Position numbers and translations under genes: made by a program. 64,000 bases of DNA, from positions 4,712,001 to 4,776,000 of the forward strand of contig CM075991.1 in NCBI GenBank assembly GCA_038087875.1, given 5' to 3'. This stretch comes from Malacoraja senta (Eukaryota). Numbering within the stretch: position 1 is the first letter of the stretch; every line of letters begins with the position of its first letter. This document shows positions 12,467-24,879 of the stretch, in pieces. The notes beneath the pieces are model-generated. The model was not told where the DNA came from. It was given only the letters and a program-made list of their open reading frames with translations, and made no database searches.

Positions 12467-14723
12467 GAAAATGCAAGAATGCCTGGAATGAATCTGTCAA
12501 TGATCAAATCCCTGACATTAGACTGAGTCACAGCCATTCAAATTCTATATTGATTTACACAAATTACAAGTTGGTGTTCAACCAATTATTAGAAATTGCA
12601 GCCATTTGAACCGCAGCCAAACTAGAGGCTTCACTCAGGAGTGGGTCGCAGCTCCCCAGCTGACGGGACCTGTTCTCGCTCTCTTCGAGGGAGGCGCCGC
12701 CCGCCCCAGCGAGTGGGAAAACGCGGAGTCAACCCGTAATATGAGTGGAAACATTTTCTCAGACTTTGTCGACAGTTGGGGTGGGGGATCTGGGAGAGAG
12801 AAAGCTGGCAATGCCGCACAGATGGAACAGTTTAATAACGACCCATTAAAATTCGGCCACTCGGCCAACTGGGCTGATCTGATCTGACAACCCTCTCGCT
12901 AGCTCACTGCGTGCCCGATCCTAACGCAGAACCTCCACAAAACCTTTGGGCTTCGGTAACACCTGCACAAAGAGCCTCTGCTAACAAGGGCTGGCGAACT
13001 GTGCTGGTCAACATGCACTGGGCGAGATGGCTGGGGAAACGCACCGCAACCACCGCAAACTTGGAACAGCACAGACCCTCCACTCAATCTATCCACTTTC
13101 GCAGTTAAATGTCTTATATCGGATTGGCGGCTCCTACACAGGGCCAACCCTGTACTCAGTTTTCCTCGGAGATTAATCTTTTCCTTAATGGTACATTCAA
13201 CACCGCCTGCAGGTAAAGCATCAGCCCACATCACACTGATACAGTTGCTGCCTGCCTCAGATTAAATATATTTTTACACATAAATTATGAATAAGGATAA
13301 GAAAATGTTTTAAACACAAGTAATATTTTCTTAATCCAGTAACAAACACATTAAGGATTAAATGAAAATAATAAACTCTTTAACTTTTTGAATATCTCAT
13401 AATTGCAGATTAATGAACTGAACTAGAACTGGGACTGTGCAAGTAGTGTGCGAACAGCAGAACAAGAAAGGAAGCTATTGAGTTAACAGAAATCTAACTA
13501 TTCATTGATAGAATAGTTAACAATGTATAAACAGTTCATACAGCGCTGCGTTCCCCTTTTTTTCCCAAATGACCTTTGACAAATTCCATGATTCCTTGCG
13601 TTTCTCGGAATACCCAACTCGATTATTGAATAGTGTAACATGTTCACGGAATTGATTAGATTACTTTAGATTGTGTGTATCTGCTGTGTTCTGTACATTC
13701 AAAATGCTGGTCAATTTAATGCCTTACAAACTTCCCACATACATTCTCTATGTATATTGTTCTGATCTGTTACACGAAGGGAAAATAATTCCACTAAAGC
13801 AAATTTGACACTAAAGAATTTTTATTTGCCTGAGTAATAAATATTTTTCAGGTAAACACATGTTAGTACAATCTTAATTGCTTAAGTGATTGTTCTTTCA
13901 ACACAATTCTTGCCAAAGGATATTTGGTGGTCAAATTAGAATGCAATACTGCTCTAATGTGATTACAACTTAAAAGTCTTGATAATGGTTGCAATGGGTT
14001 TAGCATTAGGTAAGGAACAAAAGATGCTGGAGATGGAAAGAATTAGTGCAGCTGAACTACATTCCAAATGATTTCCATCAGTATTTAGTTATTGAGCACT
14101 TCCAGCTTCAAATAGTAACGTTTTGGGACAAGTATTAGGATATTTTGCTCTGCTGATGTTTGGCATATTTGGAGACCAAATGACAGGACTTTACAAAATT
14201 GATGATACTTCACTCTGCTTGCCGGGGACCCACCGATAAAAGCGACTCTGGCGAGATGCTCTTTCATTCCTGGCACTCATTGTTACTCCCGGTCCTTGGC
14301 GAAGTCCAACTACAGAGAGCCCCTCAGCCTTGTTATACCCCATGTGCACATGTAGATCGCGTTATGGTCTGGATAAATAAACCGTTGTCTTATTGTTTGT
14401 TTTTTGTTCATGTTTTGTTTCATCCAAGACTGTGTTCCTCTGTTTGCAAGCATGGCTTACACACATGGTGGCCTTACACACATGGTGGCCTTACACAGAT
14501 AACTAGTAAGATTAAACGAGAACTTACCAGTTTGAAGTTTGATCTTTATTTTATGAGGAGTTACGTTGAGGGATTACGTGAAGAAGAGCCCGTCCAGCCG
14601 CACAAGCGTCAATCTTCAAAGCAGCGGAGTGAAATCACAGACGACAATTACTGAAGTATGATAGTAAGATACATAAAGACTAGAACTACCAGCTCGATCT
14701 TTTATGAGGGTGGGAGCGGAGGG

Positions 14724-14836
14724 CACGTAATCCCTCAACGTAACTCCTCATAAAATAAAGATCAAACTTCAAACTGGTAAGTTCTCGTTTAATCTTACTA
14801 TTTTACTTCGGAGTCACGTGAGTGACTACGTGAAGA
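14724..14836. repeat. DIRS internal complementary region (ICR)
   Basis: 14724-14800 is the exact reverse complement of 14504-14580 (77 bp). 14801-14836 is the exact reverse complement of 19219-19254 (36 bp). Confidence 0.95.
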
Positions 14837-14994
14837 TTTCAAAGCTCTGTGATTTCACACCGTGGATTAAAATCCCGGTGCTCACTGCACTGATTGACTC
14901 TAATGAGTAAGCACAATCCACAATGCATAACCACAACATTAAATGTAATCAGTTAATGGTTTTATTTATTACAACAATAGTAACCCATTTATCA

Positions 14995-15975
14995 TCATGG
15001 GGGATTTAATACTGAATCCAGCACGGCACCGCCAAACACCCCGGGATCTTTAATCTCCTTATGGTAATACTTGTGAAACATCTGTTCACTTGCCCATCCT
15101 GCGGCTGCGAGGATAAGATCTATTGGAACGTCGGAATCCCTGGCCGCCGATGTTGATGCCGCCCTGGTGGAATGAGATTTAAATTTATCAGTATCAATAC
15201 CTGAATAAATCAACACCTGTTTCAACCATCTTGAAATTGTCTGTGTTGACACCTTCTTATAGCTGATAAAAAATGCTAATTCTGTACCTCTTAAGATTCT
15301 GGTTTCTTCCATGTAACATCTTATATATGTTACTACACATAGCCGTGGATCCGTAGGATATGCTGAAAACCCCAACTTACATCCCGTGAACCCAGGCCTA
15401 CTTTGTTTCAGTAAATCATAGACATAGAATGTAACGGCATCTGCCCCAACTTTCATCCTGTCTATTCTTAATTTTTGTCATGTTTGAACTCTCTGTGCTG
15501 AAACTAGCGCCATGAGCATAACCAACTTCATGGTAATTTTGGCCAATGACAGAGTTTCAATAGGACTCCATTCACGCAGCAGCATCAGTACATCTTTTAC
15601 ATTCCAGATTTCTGTATACCTAGGTCTAGGAGGTTTGGAGTTGAAAATTCCCTTCATAAACCTACAGACCCAAGGATGTGATCCTATTGGATTTTGTTCT
15701 GATTCACTGCATAAATATGCAGAGAGTGCACTCCTTGCAGTATTGATTGCACTATAACTTAATTTTAATTCAAAATAAAGAGTTGAAAGAAACTCTAACA
15801 CATCTGAAATGTCTGCAGTGTTATATGCAATAATCTTTTCTGAATAAAACACCTCCCATTTCCTTATATAAGAAATGTATTGCTTCTGGGTACTATTCCT
15901 CCAGGCTGCTGCCATAACATCCACCGTACGGTCTGATAATCCTTTTCCAAGATATGGCCTTCTTAGAATCTGCAA
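14995..15975 (-). pseudogene. DIRS tyrosine recombinase (phage integrase family), frameshifted near 15480
   Basis: N-terminal part STQKQY..YIRKW...LSYSAINTARSALS; catalytic Arg in VSAQRVQT; HSTR (HxxR); AAGW; FHKYY (catalytic Tyr). Confidence 0.93.
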
Positions 15976-16047
15976 ATCAACAAACCAATACGATCATGTA
16001 AAGGATGTGGTTCATCAGTTACAGGGTGTACAAGTAGTTTTACCTGC

Positions 16048-17560
16048 TTAGGAATAACCATAAGGGTTTTTTGGATCATTTTTAACACCAGTGGTACCAT
16101 AGCTGTGTAGGCCAATCTGGCACCACCAAAATCCCAGAGGCTGAGTCCGGTTTAATTTTCTGTTTAATAATCGATTGATCAAACAAAACGGAGGAAATGC
16201 ATACAGAAACATACCACCCCAATGTAGCGAGAAAGCATCCACCGCTACTGCACCAGGATCAGGTTCCCATGACACATACTTAGGCAATTGGTGGTTGAGT
16301 CTTGATGCAAAGAAATCAATCTCTGGCATTCCAAATTGTGCCACAATTTGCTTAAATATTTCATGATGCAACATCCATTCTGTATTGTCATTAAATTTAC
16401 GTGACCTTTTCTCTGCAACTATGTTGAATTTACCTGGTAAATACATTGCTGACAGCCAGATTTTCCTGGCAATACACCAGGTCCAAATTACATTTGCCAA
16501 TCTATCACAAGATTCTGACTTGATACCACCCATATGATTTACATATGCTACAGCTGTAGTATTGTCAACCTGTACCTGAACATGCACATTTTCCATATTA
16601 GTGCAATAAGCTTTAAGCCCATAAAATGCTCCTAACAGCTCTAGGTAATTTATACCTTGATTTTTAAGCAAAGGTACTTCATCCACTTTCCACCTACCTC
16701 CACAGCTGGAAACAATGTTAGTTGCGCCCCATCCTTGAGCACTTACATCAGTCTGTAGAATAACGGAAGGTGTGTCTACCAGAACTTTTCTGGAAGCATT
16801 AGAGACATTGTTAATCCACCATTCTATTTCCATAATAGGTTCAATTGTCAATTGCATGGGCCTATCAAAATGCCCTGCATTAATCTTTAATGCTTGTACC
16901 TTAGCCCTCTGCAAATGCTGATAATGCTGAATATCATCCAAATAAGCCATTAATACATGGCCCTCAGCTCTTAGCAGAGCTAAAATTGGTTTAAGTAATT
17001 TTGTAAATAACCTAAGTCAGACCATTGGGCAATGCTTTAAATTGCCATAACTGACTCATCCACCTAAATGTTAGATATCTTTGATCATTACCATGCATTG
17101 CCACATAATAATATGCATCTTGCAGATCTATGCTTGCTATATAGCAGTTTCTTGTGACCAGCTGAATGGCGTTAGTAAATGTTTCCATTTAAAAAAATTT
17201 ATACTATACAAAAAGGTTAAGACTTGTCAGATCCACCATCCTTTTTTGTTCTAGGAAAAATACTTGACACAAACTGATGGTGTTGTTCTACTGACTTTTC
17301 TATTACACCTTTATCGCATAAAATTTTCAATTCTCCCTGGATCTGCGTATTCTCTTCCTTTGAGAAACTACGTGACCGGTTTGAAATATGCTGAGTTGGA
17401 GGATCCAAATGTGGATAGAACTCAATTCTAAATCCCACTATGCTGCACAGTATAAACAAATCATTTGTTATTAGTTGCCATTCTATAGAATCGTAATCTT
17501 CCCCCCACTTGTGAGTGTAACACATTTGTTATGTTTCTTACCAGACCAGACCCCCCTACC
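16048..17560 (-). pseudogene. DIRS pol: reverse transcriptase, RNase H and DNA N6-adenine methyltransferase-like domain; frameshifts and an internal deletion
   Basis: RT motifs VGGRL, FVSSIFPRTKKDG, SIDLQDAYY, FKALPNGL, MAYLDD. RNase H motifs LQTDVSAQGWG, INYLEL, VDNTTAVAYVN. Methyltransferase-like IDFFAS...DAF...YAFPPF. Sequence just after YLDD looks deleted. Confidence 0.93.
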
Positions 17561-19032
17561 TCGGGGTTTGCCATCGGCAAATGTTGTCCCCTCCTAGTAG
17601 GCACATTGTAAACTTCACGCATCCCCGGTGCAGCACGCCAACGCGTATATGGGTACGATCGGCTTGTTCCTTCTCCAGCACCAGCCATCCGTCTGTAAGG
17701 ATACTGCCTTCGCACCGCTCTGCTCAAAATAGGTGGTTTCATCATGCCCATCATGGTTTTTGACTCTTCATTTAGGTCTTTTAACTTTTTTGCTAGATTT
17801 TCTCCAAAAAGCAGATTAGGCATTTGTATATTGGATGGTTTACAGAGCCTGCATACTTTGGATGAATATTCGGTTTTATTGCACTTTTACGAATACAGTT
17901 AATTTCAAAGTGCGCACTACACATGAGTGCTAAGGCATCTTGTTGTGAATCAGATATATGTTCTTCATCCAACCCTCTGGCAAATGCCGTGATGCCTGAC
18001 CCCAGCAATTTCAGCACTCGTTGTAATTTTAATTCTTGTGAGCGTAATCCAATGCTCAAATAGCCCCATATTAAGTTATTCACCGCTGGAACTGCTAACA
18101 GTGCACAATTTTCCGGTCTCATGGGAGAGCAGATAATTTATAGTCATTGCTATTTCATCTCTCAAAGGTTCCCCTGTTAATCTGGGAACAGCAAACTTTT
18201 GTGCCAGCCCTGGTACTTTGAGCTCTGATAATGGGCTCTGGTCCTCATATAAATCATCATCTGAATCTAGATGTTCCTCCTCCTGATGGGAAATTTCTGG
18301 CATACTTGTTTCAGGTAAGTCTAGCCCTGGCTCTTCCATCGGCCTTCGCATAGTAAAGTCTCTGCCAGATTCCCCCTGCGCGGGCTCTCCTGTAGGCCCA
18401 CGGATAGGCAGCCCTGTTTCAGGTGCTGCTGGCGCTGGCTCACTTCTAGGCCAACGCTTAATTTGTCTTTCTTCAGACATTGTCGGTGCTGGCACATCTC
18501 TCACCCAACGTTTGTACTGCCTTTGTTCAGGCATTTCTGGTACTGGCTCTCCTGTAGGCCAACACATATACTGCCTTTTTGCTGGCATTTCGGGCATTGG
18601 CTCTCCTGTAGGCCAACCTCTGTATTGTCTCTGCACAGGCATTCCTGATGGCTCTCCTGTAGGCCAATCTTGTGCCTGTCCCATCCAAGGCACCCCCTGT
18701 GCTGTATCTTCGATAGGCCAACATGGACTGAATTCCTCCTGTGGGGGTTCTTTATAAATTATTTTCCCCATAAGGAGTTCCAAACTTGCGACCCTAACAG
18801 CCATAACATTTCCTGACTGAGGAGTGTATTCCTCCGGGTCTGACTCATCGGAGTCTATTGGTCGTACAGACTTTTGTCCTGCCTTGCGCCCCACCGGCGG
18901 TATAACGGCACTTTCGACCGCAACGGGAGTTAATGGCCTCGCTGCCACTGACTCCTCTAACTGCCGCCCGCTACCCTCTGAAACTTGGGGTTTACCTGCG
19001 GTGCGTCTTTTTCCCCTGCGCCCTTTCTCCAT
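17560..19032 (-). pseudogene. DIRS ORF1 (Gag-like) with 18-aa tandem repeats; frameshifted near 18120 and 17820
   Basis: ORFs 18076-19032, 17793-18122 (RPENC...PAVNNLIW) and 17461-17823 (LLFGENL) follow one another upstream of RT. RPENC/PxVN/IW and LFG motifs are typical of DIRS ORF1. 3' boundary approximate. Confidence 0.8.
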
Positions 19033-19779
19033 GATAAACTTGCGTGGAGCTCCACCAACAAGTCTGACGAGAAAAAAGCGAACCTGGAAGTGAAAGTGAA
19101 AGCACTTACCTTCCGACTTTTTGCTTTACTCACCGCTTGGAGGAGCCCTGCTCCTCCACACACGGTCATGAACGCTATGCGTCTGACGATATGACGCGTG
19201 TGCGGCTGGACGGGCTCTTCTTCACGTAGTCACTCACGTGACTCCGAAGTAAAATTAATTACGCTTTCATTAATCAAGCAGCCATTTTAACAGAGAAGCA
19301 TGCTGGTTACATTGAGGTTCCAAGCAATCATTAAATAATTTTGTGCCTAAAATCAATCCTTTCACTACAGGAGCAACCTGTTGCATTGCTAAATTACTTA
19401 TGACTCCCCTATGTTTAAGTCTGAATCATTTAATATGTACTACAAATAATAAGAGGTTCAGTACAGAGTTTTCCAGAATTAACCTCTTGCTAAATGCCTT
19501 ACAGGATGACCACAGACAATTAATGCTGCTTCTTCATACTGTGTATTTTTGTGCAAAAGTTCTTTATGAAGCTGCCCCGTGAGCTCAACAAGTCAAATGA
19601 ATTAACGATGCAGCTGTATTTTAGGTGCTCAAGATGGAAGGTTAAGGAAATATGAATGAGAGAAAATGTTGTTGAATGTTACATTAAAAACAGTTAAGTG
19701 GAATTAAATGGGCTAGAGGGTCTTATTGAAACTTTTCAGAGAGATACAAGAACAAAATTATGACTACTATGTTGGAACC

Positions 19780-19915
19780 TGATATAGATACAATGCTGGA
19801 GTAACTCAGCAGGTCAGGTAGCATCTCTGGAGAAATGGAATATGTGATGTTTCCGGTCAAGACCCTTCTTCAGACTGAGGGATCAGGGAGAGGGATACTA
19901 AAGGTATGGGAACAA
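19780..19915 (-). mobile_element. Penelope pLTR-derived remnant with decayed hammerhead-like motif
   Basis: tgctggagtaactcagcaggtcaggtagcatctctggag...gacccttcttcagact, the same repeat as 29513-29610. Confidence 0.75.
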
Positions 19916-20059
19916 AGGTATGTTGGATGATGGCTGTGGTATTGATTCTGTCTGCCACTGCAACTGTGTAACTTCATGCAAAAGTTTCCACCCACCTGGT
20001 GCCAATGCTCTTTCTGCCATCCTTGTGCTTCTGATTTTCTTTTTTGTGTTTTTGGAAGG

Positions 20060-20222
20060 AATTCTGTCTCTGATTTGTGTATTGGTCTTTATAACTTATT
20101 TTTTTTAAATTGTTTTTATTTTTTTATTCTGATTATATGTTTCCTATAAATCTCTGTAAGGTGTCCTTGAGACCTCGGTATAAGGCGCCCGTAAATAAAA
20201 TTCATTATTATTATTATTATTA
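20060..20222 (+). mobile_element. L2-type LINE/SINE 3' tail ending in (ATT)n
   Basis: tgtaaggtgtccttgag...aaggcgcccgtaaataaaa followed by (ATT)n resembles the conserved L2-clade tail. 5' boundary approximate. Confidence 0.55.
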
Positions 20223-20619
20223 TCCTTCCTCCCAAGGGCAGAATGAGAAAAAGGACTTTTCATGAATCTGCTTCTTCTATTATCTCCAGAGTTGCCTTTG
20301 GATTACTTTTAGACAAAATGAACCTGCCCTTACATATTACTACAAAAACAGGGCAACAATATAACAATTGAAGACCTTGGTAAATTGAACTACCAATCTA
20401 CAGTGGAGTTAATACCAGTTGACTATTGACTACTTAACAAGGTAATACGAAGTGCACAGTTTCACAAGTGACACTGAATTTTTGCCCTGGAAATTGACTA
20501 TTTATGGGATTGATAGAATTAAAGACGACAACCCTCAGGGAAATGCATCGACCCAACTTTCTGGGAGACAGTCGAGATTTTGACTGGTCAGCACTAAAAA
20601 ATAGTGCTAAAAAATACTA

Positions 20620-20712
20620 AAAGAAGGGTCTCGACCCAAAACGTCACCTATTCCTTCGCTCCATAGATGCTGCCTCACCCGCTGAGTTTCTCCAGCATTT
20701 TTGTCTATCTTT
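20620..20712 (+). mobile_element. Penelope pLTR-derived remnant
   Basis: agaagggtctcgacccaaaacgtcacctattccttcgctccatagatgctgcc matches the right arm of the 5944-6163 element. Confidence 0.8.
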
Positions 20713-20738
20713 AAAAAATAAGCCTACTTACTTCACTG

Positions 20739-21060
20739 CGGAATGGTGGCGCAGCGGTTGGGTTGGCGCCTTACAGCGCTTCCAGCGCCGGAGATCTGGG
20801 TTCGAACGGGTGCTGCCTGTGTGGATTTTGTATGTTCTCCCCATGACCGTGTGGGTTTTCTCTGAGATCTTCGGTTTCCTCCCACACTCCAAAGACATAC
20901 AGGTTTGTAGGTTAATTGGCTTGGGTTTGTATATTTGGTATAAGTGTAAATTGGCCCTAGTGTGTGTAGGATTGTATTAATGTGCAGGAATCGCTAGTCG
21001 GTGCGGACTCGGTGAGCTGAAGGGCCTGTTTCCGCGCTGTATCTCTAAACTAAACTAAAC
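20739..21060 (+). mobile_element. tRNA-derived V-SINE (HE1-like)
   Basis: A-box-like tggcgcagcgg, B-box-like gggttcgaac, conserved central domain, tail gggcctgtttccgcgctgtatct(ctaaa)n. Confidence 0.9.
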
Positions 21061-22290
21061 CTCGAAAAAGAAAATGATCAAATAAGTGAGACTGACATTC
21101 TCGAAAGAAAATCAATCTCTTCAAGTGACCCTGAAGCAGTGACTTTCTGTGAACACATGTTTAATTGGGCAGGGAGGTTTGGAGGCTTTCTCTGAAAAGG
21201 ATAAGTCGCTCAGTGAAATGGATGGATTGTAACACCTTTCTGTCTGAGGTACACAACAATACTTAAACTAGTTAACTTTTAATGACAGAACTGCAGCTCT
21301 GGAAATATACCAAAAGATTCAATTACAGTCTCCAATTAGAGTAAATTTGAACTTCTCCAATCTATCCCCTGTGACCAAGGATTTCATCCACTCACTTGAC
21401 TTATATGGTATCTTTCCATATATTGGCTGAATTAATCATTTGAGAAATTAATTTTCTTCAAGTAATTTGACACACTTATTTTCCATACTTCACGTTGCTT
21501 GAATTAATAATATTTTTCTCCATAGGGAAATGGTGAGAGATTTCGCTGATTTCTAAAATTTGGATATTGGATGCTAGAAATATATAGTTATTATCTAAAG
21601 TTTGTAGGTGATCATAACATTCATCTCAGAATTCAAATTGCATATTTTAAAATAGCACATTGTCTAATTAATAAGTTTTGATGGGAAAAATAACATTACT
21701 TCTTTTACGCACATCTTTTCACTTAACATTGTTGTTCCAGTTTCATATCTCTTTATATTTATACACAACAAAATGGGAAATGCTGTTTGAAGCTGAGAAT
21801 TATCAATATAGTCCAAGAAAATGCGAGATTGGATGAAATAATGACGATCTCCCAGCACAGTTTATTGAGAGTAGGTAATATGTGAACCAGGAAAAACATT
21901 ACCTTGCTGAAGAAGTGTTAAATATGATGATTTGAAACACCTTAGAATTCCTGCATGATAACTTTCACATTCTATTTACAGAATCTATCCCTCAGTTCCT
22001 TTAGGCATGACAAATTTGAAGCAGATTTGGTTTTCCACCAAAGATTGTTTTGTAATCATTTTCTTTAGCTTTAGTGTCGTGGATATTAAATCAAAGAGGC
22101 AAAATACATCATGTGAGACTAATTAAGAGTTCTCATAATTATATTTGCCTATCAAAGGAAACTGCTTGACATCAGTAGACTGAAAATGCTGGAAAGAATG
22201 AGAATTTTGTACATTTAATAAAATAATTGGGCAGTCAACATGTATTTGTGAAAGAGAAATCATGTCCAGCTAATCTGTTTGAGTTCCAGG

Positions 22291-22430
22291 ATATAGAGAG
22301 AGAGCCAGAGAGAGATCATAAAAGATAGATAGATAGATCATAGAAGATAGATAGATAGATCATAGAAGATAGATAGATCAGAGAAGATAGATAGATAGAT
22401 CAGAGAAGATAGATAGATCATAGATAGATA
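22291..22430. repeat. Compound (GA)n/(GATA)n microsatellite
   Basis: GATA runs interspersed with gatcatagaa units. Confidence 0.95.
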
Positions 22431-22888
22431 ACATTCAGTGGATGTAGTGTCTTTTTTTAATGCTTTCAATAGGATCCTATACAGATTTTTGGTGAACAAA
22501 GTTAGAGGACATGGAATTAGGGATGATACAATAGTGTGGAATAAGAGTTGTTTAACAGATAGAAATGAAAACGTGGACTTCCGGTGGCGCCATGCTGAAC
22601 TGAACAGGCGCAGCATTTAGCTCCGTTCCCGTAATCTGCGAATTTTCGCTTTAAAAATCGATTGGGAAGTCGGGACCGATTTTAAAAGCTTACCGGAGCT
22701 GTTTGTCGCGGTGCTGATGATGTTATCAGAAATCGCCGCGAAAATAATGGAGGTTTAAGGTATTTTTAAATGAAAAGAGCGATTCCCTGTCAGAGCCCTC
22801 AGAGATCTCTCAAAGCAACCTGAAAAAACAGTCACCACCTGAAGAAATTGAAAAATCTGAAGAAGTAACTGCTAAATTAGCCCTGAAA

Positions 22889-23813
22889 ATGACTACAAGA
22901 TCAATGGCTGAAATGGCTGAAAAGACTGAAAAGGTTTCAAAGGAGCTAGAGGACATTAAGACATCGGTGAGTGACTTAAAAAATGAACTTTTGGCTTGTA
23001 ATAAATGTATGATGGAAAGCATGATGGAGAACATGAACACTGGGAACCAGAAAGTAATTGATTCAATTGGTAATATAAATAAACGAATTGATGATGTGCA
23101 TGGTGAATTATCTTTGAAAATTGATAAGGTGGAAGAAGATTGTACTAATAAGCTGGATGCTGTCCACCAAACTGTTACAACATGCTGTACTACCATGAAA
23201 GATATGCAAATAGCAATGTTACAAATGGCTGAAGAGATGCAGAAAATCAAGAAGGATCATGAACGTGTCGTGGGTCAGTTGGCTAAAACGTCGGATAAAT
23301 GCCTTGATTTGGAAGCACGGTCAAGACGGCAGAATTTAAGAATAGTTGGAGTGACAGAAGGAGCCGAGGGGAATGAGCCCCGGGAATACACTCCCAACTT
23401 ACTTAAACATATACTCGACCTGCCTGCCAAACCGAAAATAGAAGTGGCACACCGGGTACAACGGGCAAAATCAAGGGCACAAACAAAAGGAGCCTCCCCA
23501 CGACAGATCATTGTGAAATTTCGGGACATTTCAGCTTTGGAAGAGGTCATGGAAAAAATCCAGTACGGAAAGATTATGATGTTTGGCACTGACACTATCA
23601 AACTTTTTAGAGACTATCCCTATGAAATCGCTAAAAAACGAGAATCGTTTACAAACACACCGACAGATCTTGAAAGGGCACAGGAACATTAGTTACGGAA
23701 TAATTTATCCAGCTAAGATGATTATTACTTATAATGGTATTGAACGTAAGTTTAATGAACCAGAAGCTGCTTACAAATATGCTCAAGACATTTTAAAAGA
23801 TATAGATGTTTAA
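22889..23813 (+). pseudogene. L1 ORF1p (coiled coil, RRM, CTD); frameshift near 23660
   Basis: Coiled-coil region then DLEARSRRQNLRIVGVTEG, IEVAHRV, PRQIIVKF, FRDY; continues YGIIYPAKM in ORF 23583-23813. Confidence 0.92.
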
Positions 23814-24879
23814 GTAAAACATCACATCTTCAAGACAAGGTTTTTATTCTACAGACACCGGCTGAGGGAAGGTTGATAGAAATAACTTTAAAAACTTTTA
23901 CAAAGGATTAAGATAGCAGAGCTTCTCCATGTGCCGCTGTCTAGACATTCTTATCTCTTCAAGGACATTTTTGGTTCCAACTCGAGCGAAAGATGGAATA
24001 ACAAGGGCGTGGCTGAATGAGGAACCTAACGAAGACGGATTGGAAAATAAAAACTCCTGAATGAAAGACTGTTAAAATTGTATCCCTATACTAATCCCAT
24101 ACTAATCCCATACTAACACAAAAACTACTGAACTAACATAGTAATAGTAATTGAAGTTACTGAAATTAATACATTAACAGTAATAATAATTGAATTAAAA
24201 ACGAATTGCTTAATTGGTAAAATGTAATAATCCATTATAAGGATTGACCCCCCCGGGCAGGGAAGGAAGGGGGCTAAATATAAGGAAATAGATTCATAAC
24301 AGACTAAAAACTAATTTAGAAAATATGATAGGCTGTTGTTCAAATTTCGTGTGGAAGGAGGTGAGGAGATTCAGAATCTTGGCAAATAGCCAGGTGCCTG
24401 AATCGGGTTAACCCCTTCCAACCAAAGGCTGATTAGTATGGAAGGGGAAGAAAATGTAATAATTGTTAACATAAGTAAATGGTAGATAAGATTGAAGATT
24501 AGAGAAGATTTAATTAGATATATAGATATGGTAATGGGGATATATAAAATCTGGCTTTGAATTGGTCCCAACTCCTTTTTGCAAGATTATTCAAGGGGAC
24601 GGAGCTAAATGTAGATTAACAACTACGGAAGTCAATAAATGTGTAACTACCACCATTAGGTGGATAATCAGTTACAGTGTCGTCATTTTTAGACACTGTA
24701 ACCTCACTTTTTTGAATTTTTTTTAATGTCACAATAATGTACACTTTTTTGTTTCTTTGCTTAAGGACAATTTTGAGAGGGATGTAACAACTGAATTTAA
24801 TATTGCAAATGCTCCCCCAACAGCCAGAGACCTAAGGTATTGGTTGCACCACATGTTTAAAAGGTATTAAATAATTTAA

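Larger units (their letters stand above)
14504..19254 (-). mobile_element. Full-length DIRS1-type tyrosine-recombinase retrotransposon (coding regions decayed)
   Basis: Domain order gag, RT, RNase H, methyltransferase-like, YR on the minus strand. Inverted terminal repeats at about 14575-14611 and 19192-19228. Internal complementary region 14724-14836 matches both termini. No TSD seen. Confidence 0.96.

Noticed and set aside
14199..14654. 151-aa ORF and an 18-bp tandem repeat (cttacacacatggtggcc) next to the DIRS end
   Set aside because: The ORF crosses the element boundary and has no motif; the tandem is not duplicated at the other end, so it is not a TSD.
14995..16950. Integrase plus methylase read as a prophage or bacterial contamination
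   Set aside because: They are linked to RT/RNase H and DIRS terminal structures and embedded among vertebrate repeats.
18383..18666. Regularly spaced 16-bp repeats resembling a CRISPR array
   Set aside because: Spacers are homologous to each other and in frame within a retrotransposon ORF; eukaryotic context and no cas genes.
20739..20810. tRNA-like A and B boxes
   Set aside because: This is a SINE head; no full cloverleaf, and it continues into SINE core and tail.
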